Position numbers and translations under genes: made by a program. Positions 8,024 to 17,313 of a DNA stretch of 64,000 bases are shown in pieces. Source of the DNA: Acidobacteriota bacterium (GTDB lineage: Bacteria > Acidobacteriota > Vicinamibacteria > Vicinamibacterales > UBA2999); NCBI GenBank assembly GCA_032156805.1, contig JALDXQ010000009.1:3540-67539 (forward strand), in the 5' to 3' direction. Each line of letters opens with the position of its first letter. Position 1 is the first letter of the stretch. The notes beneath the pieces are model-generated. The model did no database searches and had not been told where the DNA came from. It saw nothing but the letters and a program-made list of their open reading frames with translations.

Positions 8024-9349
8024 TCAGGCGCGCGACGTGCGGCGAAAGAGAAACGCTCCCGTCGCCACGGCGACCACAACAGCAACCGCCGCGACCTCGA
8101 CTCGACTCACAGTCGCAACGATCACGCCGATGATGATCATGCACGTCAACGCCGGAACGAGCGGACCACCAGGCACGATGAACGGAGTGCCATGGCTGCG
8201 AACGTCGCGCCGCCGCAGCTCCCACGCGGCAAGAGCGACGCCGATGTAAACCAGCAAACCGCTGAAGTTGGTCAGGACGAGCAGGCCCTGGAAGGACCCG
8301 GACAGTGCCAGGCCGAGCGCGATGGCCACGTACGTGCCGATGGCGACGTGAGGAGTGCGGCGCAACGGGTGCACGGCGGCCAACTGGCGCGGCGCGAGTC
8401 CGTCCTTCGCAAAGGCAAACAGCGATCGCGGACCGGTCAGCACGGTACCGCACAGGAATCCAAACATCGAGATCGTGGCGCCGATCAGCAGGAAAGTACG
8501 GCCCGCAGGTCCTACGACCGTTGCGGCAGCGTCAGCCAGCGGCGTCACCGGATCGTTTGGAAGGTCCGGGCCGAGCAGTCCCTGCGCGACAAGCTGAATG
8601 GAGATGTAGAGGGCGACGACACCCCCGATCGCGAGAAACACTGCACGCGGTACGGTTCGCGACGGGGCGTGCACTTCCCCACTCGGCTGGAGCGCGCCTT
8701 CGATCCCGAGGAACGCGAAGATGAGCAGGCCGGTGGCGCTCAGAATCGGCAGAACCTGCGGGCTCGAATCCCACGAGAGATAGTCCACGCGCACGAACGC
8801 CGCTCCCACGAGCACGAAGAGCACGAGCGGCACGAGCTTCGCCACGACCGCGATCTCTACCAGCCGTGCACCACCGCCTACGCTCCGAACATTGATGATC
8901 CCGGCCGCGATCAGCACCGTGGCCATCAACAGACCCCGGACGATGGACGATGACGTGCCGATCAGCGCGGCCGCGGACGCCGCGAACACTGACGCGACTG
9001 CGGCGGCTGCGGCCACCGCGCTCAGCACGTTGAGGACACCGGTCACGAATCCAGGCAGCGGCCCGAACGCCGTCTCGACGTAGGCATAGGGGCCTCCGCT
9101 CGCCGAGACGCGACTGCCGGCTTCGGCAAAGCACAGCACGCTCAGCGCCATGATGAACGCACAGACCAGGTATGCCAGGATCGCCGCCGCGCCAAGTTGG
9201 GCGGCAACCACTGCCGGCAGCACGAAAATGCCGCTGCCGACCGTGTAGTTGAAGATCACGGCGGCCAATTGGCGAACACCCAGTTCGCGGGACAGCAGTT
9301 CGTCGTGGGCGCGCGCACCGGGACGCGGGGGTTCCGAGACAAAGGCCAT
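8024..9349 (-). CDS. APC-family amino acid permease
   Basis: ORF trimmed to the ATG at 9349. LGVRQLAAVIFNYTVGSGIFVLPAVVAAQLG, with multiple hydrophobic helices. Confidence 0.8.
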   Translation of the reverse strand: MAFVSEPPRPGARAHDELLSRELGVRQLAAVIFNYTVGSGIFVLPAVVAAQLGAAAILAYLVCAFIMALSVLCFAEAGSRVSASGGPYAYVETAFGPLPGFVTGVLNVLSAVAAAAAVASVFAASAAALIGTSSSIVRGLLMATVLIAAGIINVRSVGGGARLVEIAVVAKLVPLVLFVLVGAAFVRVDYLSWDSSPQVLPILSATGLLIFAFLGIEGALQPSGEVHAPSRTVPRAVFLAIGGVVALYISIQLVAQGLLGPDLPNDPVTPLADAAATVVGPAGRTFLLIGATISMFGFLCGTVLTGPRSLFAFAKDGLAPRQLAAVHPLRRTPHVAIGTYVAIALGLALSGSFQGLLVLTNFSGLLVYIGVALAAWELRRRDVRSHGTPFIVPGGPLVPALTCMIIIGVIVATVSRVEVAAVAVVVAVATGAFLFRRTSRA

Positions 9350-9411
9350 GAGCCGAAGACTGTAGCATTGCGAGGTACACTGAATCGAACCTCGAACCGA
9401 GAAACGGGAAG

Positions 9412-10302
9412 ATGACCATCCGCGACTGGCGTGATGCCGACCCCGCCGATACACAAGTGCTCTACGCTCGCGAACAGGAGTATTGGGTTCGTGAGCTGGC
9501 GTGGGACGCGTCGACGGCCTGGCGCGAAATCGAGCAGGCGCGTGTCACCTGGGGCCTGCCGGGATACTTCGCCATCGACAGCGGCCGCGCCCTGCGCGGC
9601 TGGGCGTACTACCTTCCCGAGGGCGAAACCGTGCACCTGGGTGGTGTCGTTGCCGAGACACGCGACGCGACCAACGCGCTGCTCGATGCCTGTATGGAGT
9701 CCGCATTACGCCCGCCGCGCCCGGCCCGCCTGTCATGTTTCCTCCCCATTCGCGCGGAGGGCTTCGAGTCCGCCCTCGCGGAACGCGGGTTCGTCTGCGA
9801 GCACTACCAATATCTGAGCCGGCAGATTGCGGCCGGCAGCGGCAGCTTCGACGCCGAAACGTGGAGCACGAACGATCTTCTTCCTGCGGCGGCGCTCTTG
9901 CGCGAGTCGTACGGGCAGGACGGCGCGCAATTCGCTCCGCGTGGGACGCCCGAAGAGTGGGAGCAGTACGTTCGAAGCCTGGTGGAGCGACCTGGTTGCG
10001 GCGTCATCGAGCCGACCGTCACGCGAGTGATGCGGAATGGCGCCAGCCTGCAGGCGCTGGTGCTCGCGACTCGGATCGCACCCGGGACGTTGCACCTGCC
10101 GCAGGTGGCGGTTCATCCGTCACGGCGGCGTGAAGGGATTGCGGCCCGGCTCGTGGAAGAGGCCTGCCGCGCGGCCGCTGTGCGCGGCGTGAAGCTGGCG
10201 ACGCTATTGGTTGCCGAGAGCAACGCTCACGCGCGAGCGCTGTACGAGAAGATGGGCTTCACCCGCACGTCGGGATTCCTGGCCGCAACCAAGACCGTCT
10301 GA
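9412..10302 (+). CDS. GNAT-family N-acetyltransferase (tandem GNAT-like halves)
   Basis: C-terminal QVAVHPSRRREGIAARLVEEACRAAAVRGVKLATLLVAESNAHARALYEKMGF is the acetyl-CoA-binding motif A region. Confidence 0.75.
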   Translation: MTIRDWRDADPADTQVLYAREQEYWVRELAWDASTAWREIEQARVTWGLPGYFAIDSGRALRGWAYYLPEGETVHLGGVVAETRDATNALLDACMESALRPPRPARLSCFLPIRAEGFESALAERGFVCEHYQYLSRQIAAGSGSFDAETWSTNDLLPAAALLRESYGQDGAQFAPRGTPEEWEQYVRSLVERPGCGVIEPTVTRVMRNGASLQALVLATRIAPGTLHLPQVAVHPSRRREGIAARLVEEACRAAAVRGVKLATLLVAESNAHARALYEKMGFTRTSGFLAATKTV

Positions 10303-10319
10303 CCCAGCGGACGGTCGCC

Positions 10320-10550
10320 TTATTTGGCTTTCTTCAGTCGATCCGCCAGCTGCGTCAACTGGCCCGGCGACACCATGGCCAACTGATTGGCATCGCGAAT
10401 CTGGTCGTAGATCTCGCGCCGGTGGACGCGCACTTCCGGAGGCGCAACGATGCCCAACCGGACACCTTCCTTGCCGACGCGGAGCACTCGCACCTCCACG
10501 CCGTCCCCGATCATGATGGCTTCGTGTTTCCGCCGTGTGAAGACCAGCAT
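10320..10550 (-). CDS. csrA: Carbon storage regulator CsrA
   Basis: MLVFTRRKHEAIMIGDGVEVRVLRVGKEGVRLGIVAPPEVRVHRREIY is a canonical CsrA sequence. Confidence 0.95.
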   Translation of the reverse strand: MLVFTRRKHEAIMIGDGVEVRVLRVGKEGVRLGIVAPPEVRVHRREIYDQIRDANQLAMVSPGQLTQLADRLKKAK

Positions 10551-10554
10551 CGCA

Positions 10555-10977
10555 CTACTCGGCGGGAACCAGGACGTGACGCAGCGGGTAGAGGCAGTTG
10601 TGCGGTAACACCTGCTGCCCGCTCATCGTCCGCGGATTGATGACAATCGGCGCGCGCAAATTGACCGTGAGCGCACCGGTCGAGTCCATCATCACGAGCG
10701 CGAGCCACAGCAGCGGCTCGTCATCCTTGGCGCCGAGCCGCAGACGATCGGCGGCGCTGAGCTCGCAGCGATAGCCCTCGAGCACGGCGCGCGGATCAAT
10801 GGCCAGGAACGACGCCTCGGTTCCGTCGAGGGCGTGCAGCCGGCGCAGCGGCGTGGCGGCCTCGGCCGCCATCACGACCCAGCGCCTGCAGGCTTCGAAG
10901 CCGGGAATCCCATCGGGAAAAGTCACCGCCTCCGACACGGTAATTTCGGTTTCGATGGCAGCGTGTGCGGGCGTCAT
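10555..10977 (-). CDS. fliW: Flagellar assembly factor FliW
   Basis: VTFPDGIPGFEACRRWVV and ASFLAIDP patterns. Positioned between flgL and csrA. Confidence 0.85.
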   Translation of the reverse strand: MTPAHAAIETEITVSEAVTFPDGIPGFEACRRWVVMAAEAATPLRRLHALDGTEASFLAIDPRAVLEGYRCELSAADRLRLGAKDDEPLLWLALVMMDSTGALTVNLRAPIVINPRTMSGQQVLPHNCLYPLRHVLVPAE

Positions 10978-11870
10978 CGCAGGTAATCCATGAGAGACAT
11001 GCGGGTCACTGAGTTCACCGCGCCGAGCGCGGCACGATAGGCGGCATCGGCCTGGGCCATCCCGGTAATCGCCTCCGCCATGTTGGTGTCTTCAAGCGCT
11101 GACAGCCGCTTGGTGCTGGATCGTTTCAACTCGCCGAGGCGCACCTTGTGCTCATCGATCGATCGCAGGTCCGCGCCCACGCGGCCTTGCGCCGTCGAGA
11201 CGCGATCGAACATGCGCTCCATCGCCGACATGCCGGCATCGATCGCCGCGTCATCACCGGCGCGAACGGCGGCAATCAGATTGTCGAACTCGACGAAGAT
11301 GTCTTGCGCCTCAGCGCCCTGCGTCAGCAGCTGGCCGTTGAACGCCATCTTCACCGCGCGCTGCTGATCGATGTCCACGACCATCTCGGAGGTCGATCCG
11401 GCATACGTCGAGATGGGACCGTTCCCCACACGAGTGTAGGGCGCCACCGTGCTGTTCGAGCCCGAGAACACATGCGTGCCGTTGAACGCCGTGTTCATGT
11501 CGCTGAAGATCGTGTCGCGGATGCCTTCGAGATCGACGGCCGCCGCCTCACGTTGAATCGGCGTCTTGGTGGTGCCGCGGGCGCTTGCCGCGGACACCTG
11601 GGCGCGTTCGAGCTGCATTACCAGATCCGACAACACGGTATCGACCACCGCCAGCCGCGAGGCGATCGTGTCGGTCGCGCGCGAGTACTGATCGATCGCT
11701 GCCATCTCGGTGTGCTCGCCGATCGAGCCCAGCGTCGCGGACGGATCGTCGCTCGGCTTCTCGATCCGCTTGCCGGTGGACACCTGCCGCTGGAACTCCA
11801 GCAGGCGGCTGGCCGCGTCCTCGAGGCCCGCGGTGCTGTTGCGGTTCTGTGCGTTGAAGGTGACTCGCAT
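10974..11870 (-). CDS. flgL: Hook-filament junction protein FlgL (HAP3)
   Basis: MRVTF..LEFQRQVSTGKRIEKPSDDPSA N-terminus and a flagellin-like C-terminus ending MSLMDYLR. Confidence 0.85.
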   Translation of the reverse strand: MRVTFNAQNRNSTAGLEDAASRLLEFQRQVSTGKRIEKPSDDPSATLGSIGEHTEMAAIDQYSRATDTIASRLAVVDTVLSDLVMQLERAQVSAASARGTTKTPIQREAAAVDLEGIRDTIFSDMNTAFNGTHVFSGSNSTVAPYTRVGNGPISTYAGSTSEMVVDIDQQRAVKMAFNGQLLTQGAEAQDIFVEFDNLIAAVRAGDDAAIDAGMSAMERMFDRVSTAQGRVGADLRSIDEHKVRLGELKRSSTKRLSALEDTNMAEAITGMAQADAAYRAALGAVNSVTRMSLMDYLR

Positions 11871-11872
11871 CG

Positions 11873-13255
11873 TTACCTCAGGATCCCGAGCAGCGTGTCG
11901 AGCGTGCTGTCGATCGCGCGAAAGAACCGCGCGTTGGCTTCATACGCCTTCTGGTACTTGAGCAGATTGACCGCTTCCTCGTCGAGCGACACGCCCGACA
12001 CCTGGTCGCGCAGCGCATCCACCTGATTGACGATTTCCTCGCGGCTCAGCTGCTCGTTCTTTGCCGACTGCGAATCACGGCCGGCGCGGTAGACCAGCTG
12101 CCCCCAGGCATCGTGCAGCGTCGCGGATCCGCCAAAGACACGCGTCTGCCGAAGCGCCGCGAGGTCACGGGCCGTGGTGTTGTCACCCACCGGCGCACCC
12201 GATCCGGCCGCGGCCACGAGATTGGCGTCAGCCGCTACAGCGGGATCGACCGTAATGGCGCCGGCCGCACCAGCCGTGCCGACGATCGCGGGCGAGAAGG
12301 TGAACAGGTTGCGCCCGGTGCCACCGTCGCCACCGACGCCTGCGGCATGCAGCGTGTTGACCTGCGTCACGAATTCGTGGGCCAGCGTATCGAGGCTGGT
12401 CTGATAGCCGGGCAACAGTACGTCGCGCGCGTAGACGAGACCGCCAACCTTGCCCGCGCTGATTTCCGACGTGATGTCGACACCCGCCGAGAAGATGTGC
12501 GAGACGCTGCCGACGACCGAGGTCTCGATCGCGTAGTCGTTCTCGCCGATCACCAGCGCGCGGCCGTTGCCAATGGTGATGTCGACACCGCCATCGGCGC
12601 GCTGGAGGACGTCGACATCGACGATCTCCGACAGCTGACGCACCAGCACCGACTGCTCATCCTGCAGATGCAGAATCCCGCCCGCGGCTTCCCCCGTTCG
12701 GCCGATCGTCTCGTTGATCTTCGCGATCCGCGATGCCAACTCGTTGACATCCTGCGCGGCCGAGCGCACCTGCTGATCGGTGTCGCGTTGTGCGAGCGAG
12801 ATCCGCTGCGCCATGTCGCGGAAGGCATCTGCAAGCGACTCCGACTGAAGCAGCACTTCCTGGCGCGCCACTGACGACGAGGGACTCTGTGACAGCGCCG
12901 CGAAGGCATCGAAGAACCGATCGAACGCACCATCAATCGACTCGCCAGGCTTACCGAGCGCGACTTCGACGACCGAGAGGACATCGGCGAGCGCGGCCTC
13001 GCGGCGTTCGGACGGCAGTTCCTGCCGCAATCGACGCTCGATCATCATGTCGCGCGCCGCGCGGACGCCAGTGACGTCAACGCCGCGGCCGGCCGAGCGA
13101 TTGGACTCCGGCGGCACGGCGGCCATGTCGATGGTGCGCCGCGTGTAGCCCGGCGTGTTGACGTTGGCGATGTTCTGCCCCGTCACGTCGAGCCCGAACC
13201 GCTGGGCATCGAGTGCGCGCGCCGCCGACGTCAGACTGCTGAACAGGCTGGACAT
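11873..13255 (-). CDS. flgK: Hook-filament junction protein FlgK (HAP1)
   Basis: GLDVTGQNIANVNTPGYTRR near the N-terminus and LLKYQKAYEANARFF near the C-terminus. Confidence 0.9.
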   Translation of the reverse strand: MSSLFSSLTSAARALDAQRFGLDVTGQNIANVNTPGYTRRTIDMAAVPPESNRSAGRGVDVTGVRAARDMMIERRLRQELPSERREAALADVLSVVEVALGKPGESIDGAFDRFFDAFAALSQSPSSSVARQEVLLQSESLADAFRDMAQRISLAQRDTDQQVRSAAQDVNELASRIAKINETIGRTGEAAGGILHLQDEQSVLVRQLSEIVDVDVLQRADGGVDITIGNGRALVIGENDYAIETSVVGSVSHIFSAGVDITSEISAGKVGGLVYARDVLLPGYQTSLDTLAHEFVTQVNTLHAAGVGGDGGTGRNLFTFSPAIVGTAGAAGAITVDPAVAADANLVAAAGSGAPVGDNTTARDLAALRQTRVFGGSATLHDAWGQLVYRAGRDSQSAKNEQLSREEIVNQVDALRDQVSGVSLDEEAVNLLKYQKAYEANARFFRAIDSTLDTLLGILR

Positions 13256-13260
13256 ATCCC

Positions 13261-13617
13261 TTAGACCCGCGCGTCCAGCGCCTGTGCGGCGTACGGTGTC
13301 GCGGTCCTCCGCGGCCCGTACTCACTGCGCCCCTGGGCCTCGAGGCTGATTCTCACGAAACTGTCGAGGGCGCTTCCCAACCGGCGGCAACGCAGCAGTG
13401 CCTGGTGCGCGCCTTCAACCTCGACGCGAACGGCACGCCGTTCCTCATCCGGCAGCGAATAAACGGCCGGGAGCTCGGCGAGGGCTCTTTCGATCTCGGA
13501 CTCACCCGCCAGCAGCCGCTCGACATCTGGTTGCACCAGCGCCGCCGCAGTTCGCTCGAGCGCGAGGCGCAGCCGCATCACCGCGGCCGCCGCGCGCGTC
13601 CCTTCGTCGCTCATCAC
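13261..13617 (-). CDS. FlgN-like export chaperone (positional call)
   Basis: 118-aa helical protein between flgM and flgK, with a 4-nt overlap with flgM. No strong motif. Confidence 0.5.
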   Translation of the reverse strand: MMSDEGTRAAAAVMRLRLALERTAAALVQPDVERLLAGESEIERALAELPAVYSLPDEERRAVRVEVEGAHQALLRCRRLGSALDSFVRISLEAQGRSEYGPRRTATPYAAQALDARV

Positions 13618-13916
13618 TTCTTGTCGTCCATCATGTGGTCGATGAGCGCTTCGGCAAGCTTGCTGGCGTCAGCCCCCAGCGAACCCTCGGCCAACGCCTT
13701 CTTGGCAGCCTCGACCCGGTCGGCTCGGATGGCTGGCGCATCGTTGGCCGCCTGCGCCGCCGCATTCATCAGCGCCGCATCCGAGGAAACCTCGACGCGG
13801 TCGGCCTTGGCCGCCTTCGCCTGGTTCTGTGCGCGCTCGGTCGTCGTGCCAGCCTCAGTCCGATCGATCTGCGTCGGAAGGCCAGTACCCTGGTTGCCGT
13901 CAATTCGTGAAGTCAT
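13614..13916 (-). CDS. flgM: Anti-sigma-28 factor FlgM
   Basis: 100-aa protein whose C-terminus RVEAAKKALAEGSLGADASKLAEALIDHM matches the FlgM sigma-28-binding region. Confidence 0.8.
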   Translation of the reverse strand: MTSRIDGNQGTGLPTQIDRTEAGTTTERAQNQAKAAKADRVEVSSDAALMNAAAQAANDAPAIRADRVEAAKKALAEGSLGADASKLAEALIDHMMDDKK

Positions 13917-14791
13917 CTACGGGGCTCCTGCAAGACGGAGTTGCTTGCACGCGTGAAATCGGCACCTGGTCGCTCGGCCTTTAATTTCGAAAAATGCTCG
14001 GGATTCAGCGCCTCACCGCCTGCGTTGGTGACCTCGAAATGTAGGTGGGTGCCGGTCGCCCGACCACTTCGGCCAGCCCGGCCGACGAGCTGCCCCTCCG
14101 CAACCTCGTCACCCGCTGCAACCATCGTCATTGAGAGATGAGCGTAGCGCGTTCGGACCCCGCCGGCATGCTCGACGACAACGGTCTGCCCGTAACCGCC
14201 TTCCGTGCCGGCTGAGATGACTCGTCCGCTGGCCGCCGACGGCACGTCCTGCCCGTAGGCCGCGCGGATATCGATACCGCGATGAAACCGTGCAGCGCCA
14301 TGAATCGGATCCTGCCGCCAGCCGTACCCGCTGGTAATGTCGCCGGGGCCGAGGTTCAGGACCAGGCCTGCGTCTGCTGTGTCGGGCGGGTCTTGCTGTT
14401 TAGACCCGCCACTTTCCGTCTTGATAGACCCGCCATCCGGAACCACGTGCGGGTCTGGCGTCGACCGATCGCCCTCCGGGTGCATCCGCTGCAACGCATC
14501 GAGCAGCTGCTTCCCCAACCCGAGACCCTGAGCACGGGCAAGATGACCCGCGAGCTCGACGTCGATCGTGTCGAGCATCGTCTCGGCGCCGAATCCGCTC
14601 TTTCCGTCCTCTTCGTTGTCCCAGGATCCCGCCTTGCGCATCTCCTTGAGCATCTGGAGCATGAGCATCGACTCGAACTCCTGGGCGACGCGCATGAGAC
14701 GCTCGCGCTCCGACCCTGGCTCGGCCTCGCTCCGGGCAGCCGCCTCGGCGCGCGCCCGCTGAATCAGATCACCGACCCGTTCGATGCTCAC
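13913..14791 (-). CDS. flgJ: FlgJ-like rod-binding protein fused to an M23 peptidase domain
   Basis: The N-terminus has the rod-binding motif RVAQEFESMLMLQMLKEMRK. The C-terminus has GYGWRQDPIHGAARFHRGIDI and GTHLHFEV (M23/LytM metal ligands). Confidence 0.85.
   Translation of the reverse strand: MSIERVGDLIQRARAEAAARSEAEPGSERERLMRVAQEFESMLMLQMLKEMRKAGSWDNEEDGKSGFGAETMLDTIDVELAGHLARAQGLGLGKQLLDALQRMHPEGDRSTPDPHVVPDGGSIKTESGGSKQQDPPDTADAGLVLNLGPGDITSGYGWRQDPIHGAARFHRGIDIRAAYGQDVPSAASGRVISAGTEGGYGQTVVVEHAGGVRTRYAHLSMTMVAAGDEVAEGQLVGRAGRSGRATGTHLHFEVTNAGGEALNPEHFSKLKAERPGADFTRASNSVLQEPRR
13956..13983 (-). promoter_or_regulatory. Sigma-28-type promoter inside the 3' end of flgJ, upstream of flgM
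   Basis: The minus strand reads TAAAGGCC-N12-GCCGATTT. The -10 element ends 40 nt before the flgM ATG. Confidence 0.6.
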
Positions 14792-15978
14792 AGGATCACG
14801 ACCTCGGCACGCAGCGCGCCCGATACTTTCAACGCCTGCATGATGGCGATGATGTCGCGCGGGGTCACGCCCAGCGTATTGAGTGCCCGGACGACATCGG
14901 AGAGCGTGGTCCCTTCCTCGAGTGCCACGAGCTGGCGGTTTTCCTGTTCCGCGTCAACCTGCCTGTCCGGCGTCACCGTGGTCTGCCCGATCGAGAACCC
15001 TTCGGGCTGCGACACGTTGTACTGCGTGGAAATTCGAAGCGAGAGGTTGCCGTGCGCAACAGCGACCGGGCCGATCCTGACGTCGCCGCCCAGCACCACA
15101 GTGCCCGTCCGCTCGTTGATGACGACACGCGCCAGCGTGTCGACGGCAATGGAAAGCGGTTCGAGCCGTGCAAGGAGGTCGGGGACGGTTGCGCGATACT
15201 CGTTGGGCACGCGGACGATCACCGTGCCTGCGTCGGTGACCCGCGCACGGTCGGCGCCGAGTTCCATGTTGATCGCTCGCGCAATGCGGCCAGCCGAAAC
15301 GAAGTCGGGCTCGCGCAGTCCGAGACGCAATTCTTCGGCAGGAGCCATCGCGGTCTGACGCGCCACCTGCACCAGCCCTCCACCGGGGACACGACCAACC
15401 GTCAGATGGTTCACGGCAATGGCGTTGCCGCCACCACCAACACCGAATCCACCGATCGACAACGGTCCCTGACCGAGCGCAACGATCGCACCATCAGGTC
15501 CGCGCAGCGGCGTTGGCAACAACGTGCCGCCCTGAAGGCTGCGCGCATCGCCGATGGACGAAGCCGTGATGTCGAGCCTCGTATTCAACTGCGCGTACGG
15601 CCCAATCTCCGCCGTGACCATGACGGCCGCGACGTTTTCAATCTTGATCCCCCCTGGTGGGACAGCAACCCCAAAGCGCTCGAGCATGTTCGCCAGCGTC
15701 TGCGCGGAGAAGATCGTCTGACGCCGGTCACCGGTCTTGTTGAGACCGACTACCAGTCCGTATCCGATCAGTGGCTGCGTCGTCGCGCCCTGTAGCGTGG
15801 TGACGTCCTTGAGCCGCGAGATCCCGACGGGTGTCGAAGTCTGGGCCGCGACGGGTGATGCCAGCATCGACGTGACAGCCAGGACAATCAATGACCGTCC
15901 TTGTAGGCCTCGGTGCCTCGGTGCCTCGATGTGTCGTGATCCAGTGAACAGCGCCGATCTCAGCACAATCATCTCCAA
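14788..15978 (-). CDS. flgI: Flagellar P-ring protein FlgI
   Basis: GLVVGLNKTGDRRQTIFSAQTLANMLERFG, and ALKVSGALRAEVVIL at the C-terminus. Signal peptide present. Confidence 0.95.
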   Translation of the reverse strand: MEMIVLRSALFTGSRHIEAPRHRGLQGRSLIVLAVTSMLASPVAAQTSTPVGISRLKDVTTLQGATTQPLIGYGLVVGLNKTGDRRQTIFSAQTLANMLERFGVAVPPGGIKIENVAAVMVTAEIGPYAQLNTRLDITASSIGDARSLQGGTLLPTPLRGPDGAIVALGQGPLSIGGFGVGGGGNAIAVNHLTVGRVPGGGLVQVARQTAMAPAEELRLGLREPDFVSAGRIARAINMELGADRARVTDAGTVIVRVPNEYRATVPDLLARLEPLSIAVDTLARVVINERTGTVVLGGDVRIGPVAVAHGNLSLRISTQYNVSQPEGFSIGQTTVTPDRQVDAEQENRQLVALEEGTTLSDVVRALNTLGVTPRDIIAIMQALKVSGALRAEVVIL

Positions 15979-15979
15979 C

Positions 15980-16666
15980 TCAGAAGATCTTGTTCAGCAC
16001 CCGGACGATCCAGCCCGGCTTGAGGTTGTCCTTCATCAAGCCCCGGCCGAAGTACCGAATCCGCATCTGCCCGACAGCGGTGGACGGCACGATGTTGCCC
16101 GGACGGATGTCCGAGGTCCGCACCACACCGGTCAGCACGAGGATCTGGATGTCGCCGTTGATGTCCACTTCGCGCACACCTTCGAGGGCGAGGTCCCCGT
16201 TCGGCAGCACCTCGATGACGCGAGCCGAGAGGGTGGCCGACAGATCGCCGGTGCGCGTGGTGCTGCCACCGCCACTGAAGCTGGTGTTCGAGTTGACCGC
16301 AGCGAGCGAGGTCGGATCGAGCCACTTGGGATACGCCGATTCGAGCCCGAACAGGTGGGTCAGCGATGCCGCCCCGCTGCCGCTCTTGTCCAGATTCGCG
16401 TCGGCCGAGCCCACCGCGGAGATGCTCTCCACGACGCGGATCGTGACCAGGTCGTTCACGTGGCGCGCCCGGAGATCGTTGAGCAGACCGGTCATCCACG
16501 TCGTGTCGGGCGCGGCGGTCGTCACCGGCAGTGCACGAGCGGCGGCCAGGTAGCGTGCGTACAACACGTCGTAGTTATCGCTTTGCTGCGGTGGCTTTTC
16601 TTCCTTCTGCGGCGCCGCCACTGCTGGCACGGCCACGAGCATCAGGAGCACGAATATCGTCTTCAT
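15980..16666 (-). CDS. flgH: Flagellar L-ring protein FlgH
   Basis: ARHVNDLVTIRVVE, EVLPNGDLALEG, QILVLTGVVRTSDI. Signal peptide MKTIFVLLMLVAVPAVAA. The protein contains no cysteine. Confidence 0.9.
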   Translation of the reverse strand: MKTIFVLLMLVAVPAVAAPQKEEKPPQQSDNYDVLYARYLAAARALPVTTAAPDTTWMTGLLNDLRARHVNDLVTIRVVESISAVGSADANLDKSGSGAASLTHLFGLESAYPKWLDPTSLAAVNSNTSFSGGGSTTRTGDLSATLSARVIEVLPNGDLALEGVREVDINGDIQILVLTGVVRTSDIRPGNIVPSTAVGQMRIRYFGRGLMKDNLKPGWIVRVLNKIF

Positions 16667-17313
16667 CGAACGATCTCCACGGACCCGGGTCCGGTGATGC
16701 GGGCTTTGAGTGCTGTGCGGCTCGAGGGCAGGAGCACCCTGATCAGATCTCCGACACGGCCGCTGCCAGACGCGCGGCCAACGCCAGTGACCTCGATGAC
16801 TCCCGTCGATATGCTGACGCGAACCTCATCGCCAGACTTCACGAGTGGCGGCACGATCACCGCGGCATCGGTCAGGACCTCCCCTTCCCTGATGTCGCGA
16901 CGTGCCTGTGCACCAACGATCTCGCCTATCGTCGGCAACCGATCCAGGAGTACGCCACTGAGCTCCACGTCCTCGACAGCAATGGCGTCGACCCCCAGTT
17001 CTTCTCCTCGCGAGAGTTGCCGGCTCGAGCGAACTGCCGCCCCCGTGACCTTCAGCTTCGCGACAACGGAGCCCACCCGGGTGCCGTTGGCGGTGAGGAT
17101 GAACCGCATCGCTCGACCGAGCCGGGCACCTGGCTCGGGCCGTGCGACGAGGCCGGCATTCACAGCCGGCGCTACGGGATTCGAGAGTCGTGACCCAGTC
17201 AGGTCCACAACCTCCACGCGCACCTCGCCCATCCGCTGCTGCACAGCGTGCTCGATGGCGGCCGGCACGGGACCGGTCAGGGCGACGGAGAGCGCAAGGA
17301 GATGAAGCATCAC
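16663..17313 (-). CDS. flgA: Flagellar P-ring assembly chaperone FlgA
   Basis: C-terminal SAF-type region ARRDIREGEVLTDAAV..LVKSGDEVRV..GRVGDLIRV. Positioned between flgG and flgH. Confidence 0.8.
   Translation of the reverse strand: MMLHLLALSVALTGPVPAAIEHAVQQRMGEVRVEVVDLTGSRLSNPVAPAVNAGLVARPEPGARLGRAMRFILTANGTRVGSVVAKLKVTGAAVRSSRQLSRGEELGVDAIAVEDVELSGVLLDRLPTIGEIVGAQARRDIREGEVLTDAAVIVPPLVKSGDEVRVSISTGVIEVTGVGRASGSGRVGDLIRVLLPSSRTALKARITGPGSVEIVR

Noticed and set aside
9412-10302. The GNAT and APC permease genes as part of the flagellar system.
   Set aside because: They form a divergent pair with their own intergenic region and have no motif link to motility. Their adjacency to csrA and to the fliS operon end looks incidental.
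15737-17305. Very long ORFs antisense to recognisable genes. Examples: 15737..17305 (+), 14282..15358 (+), 37366..38811 (+), 11148..12026 (+), 1473..2678 (+), 48944..50032 (+), 54168..55937 (-), 46321..47541 (-), 62160..63017 (-).
   Set aside because: All lie opposite genes with unambiguous family signatures. They are Arg/Pro/Gly/His-rich with no motifs, which is typical of stop-poor shadow frames in high-GC DNA.
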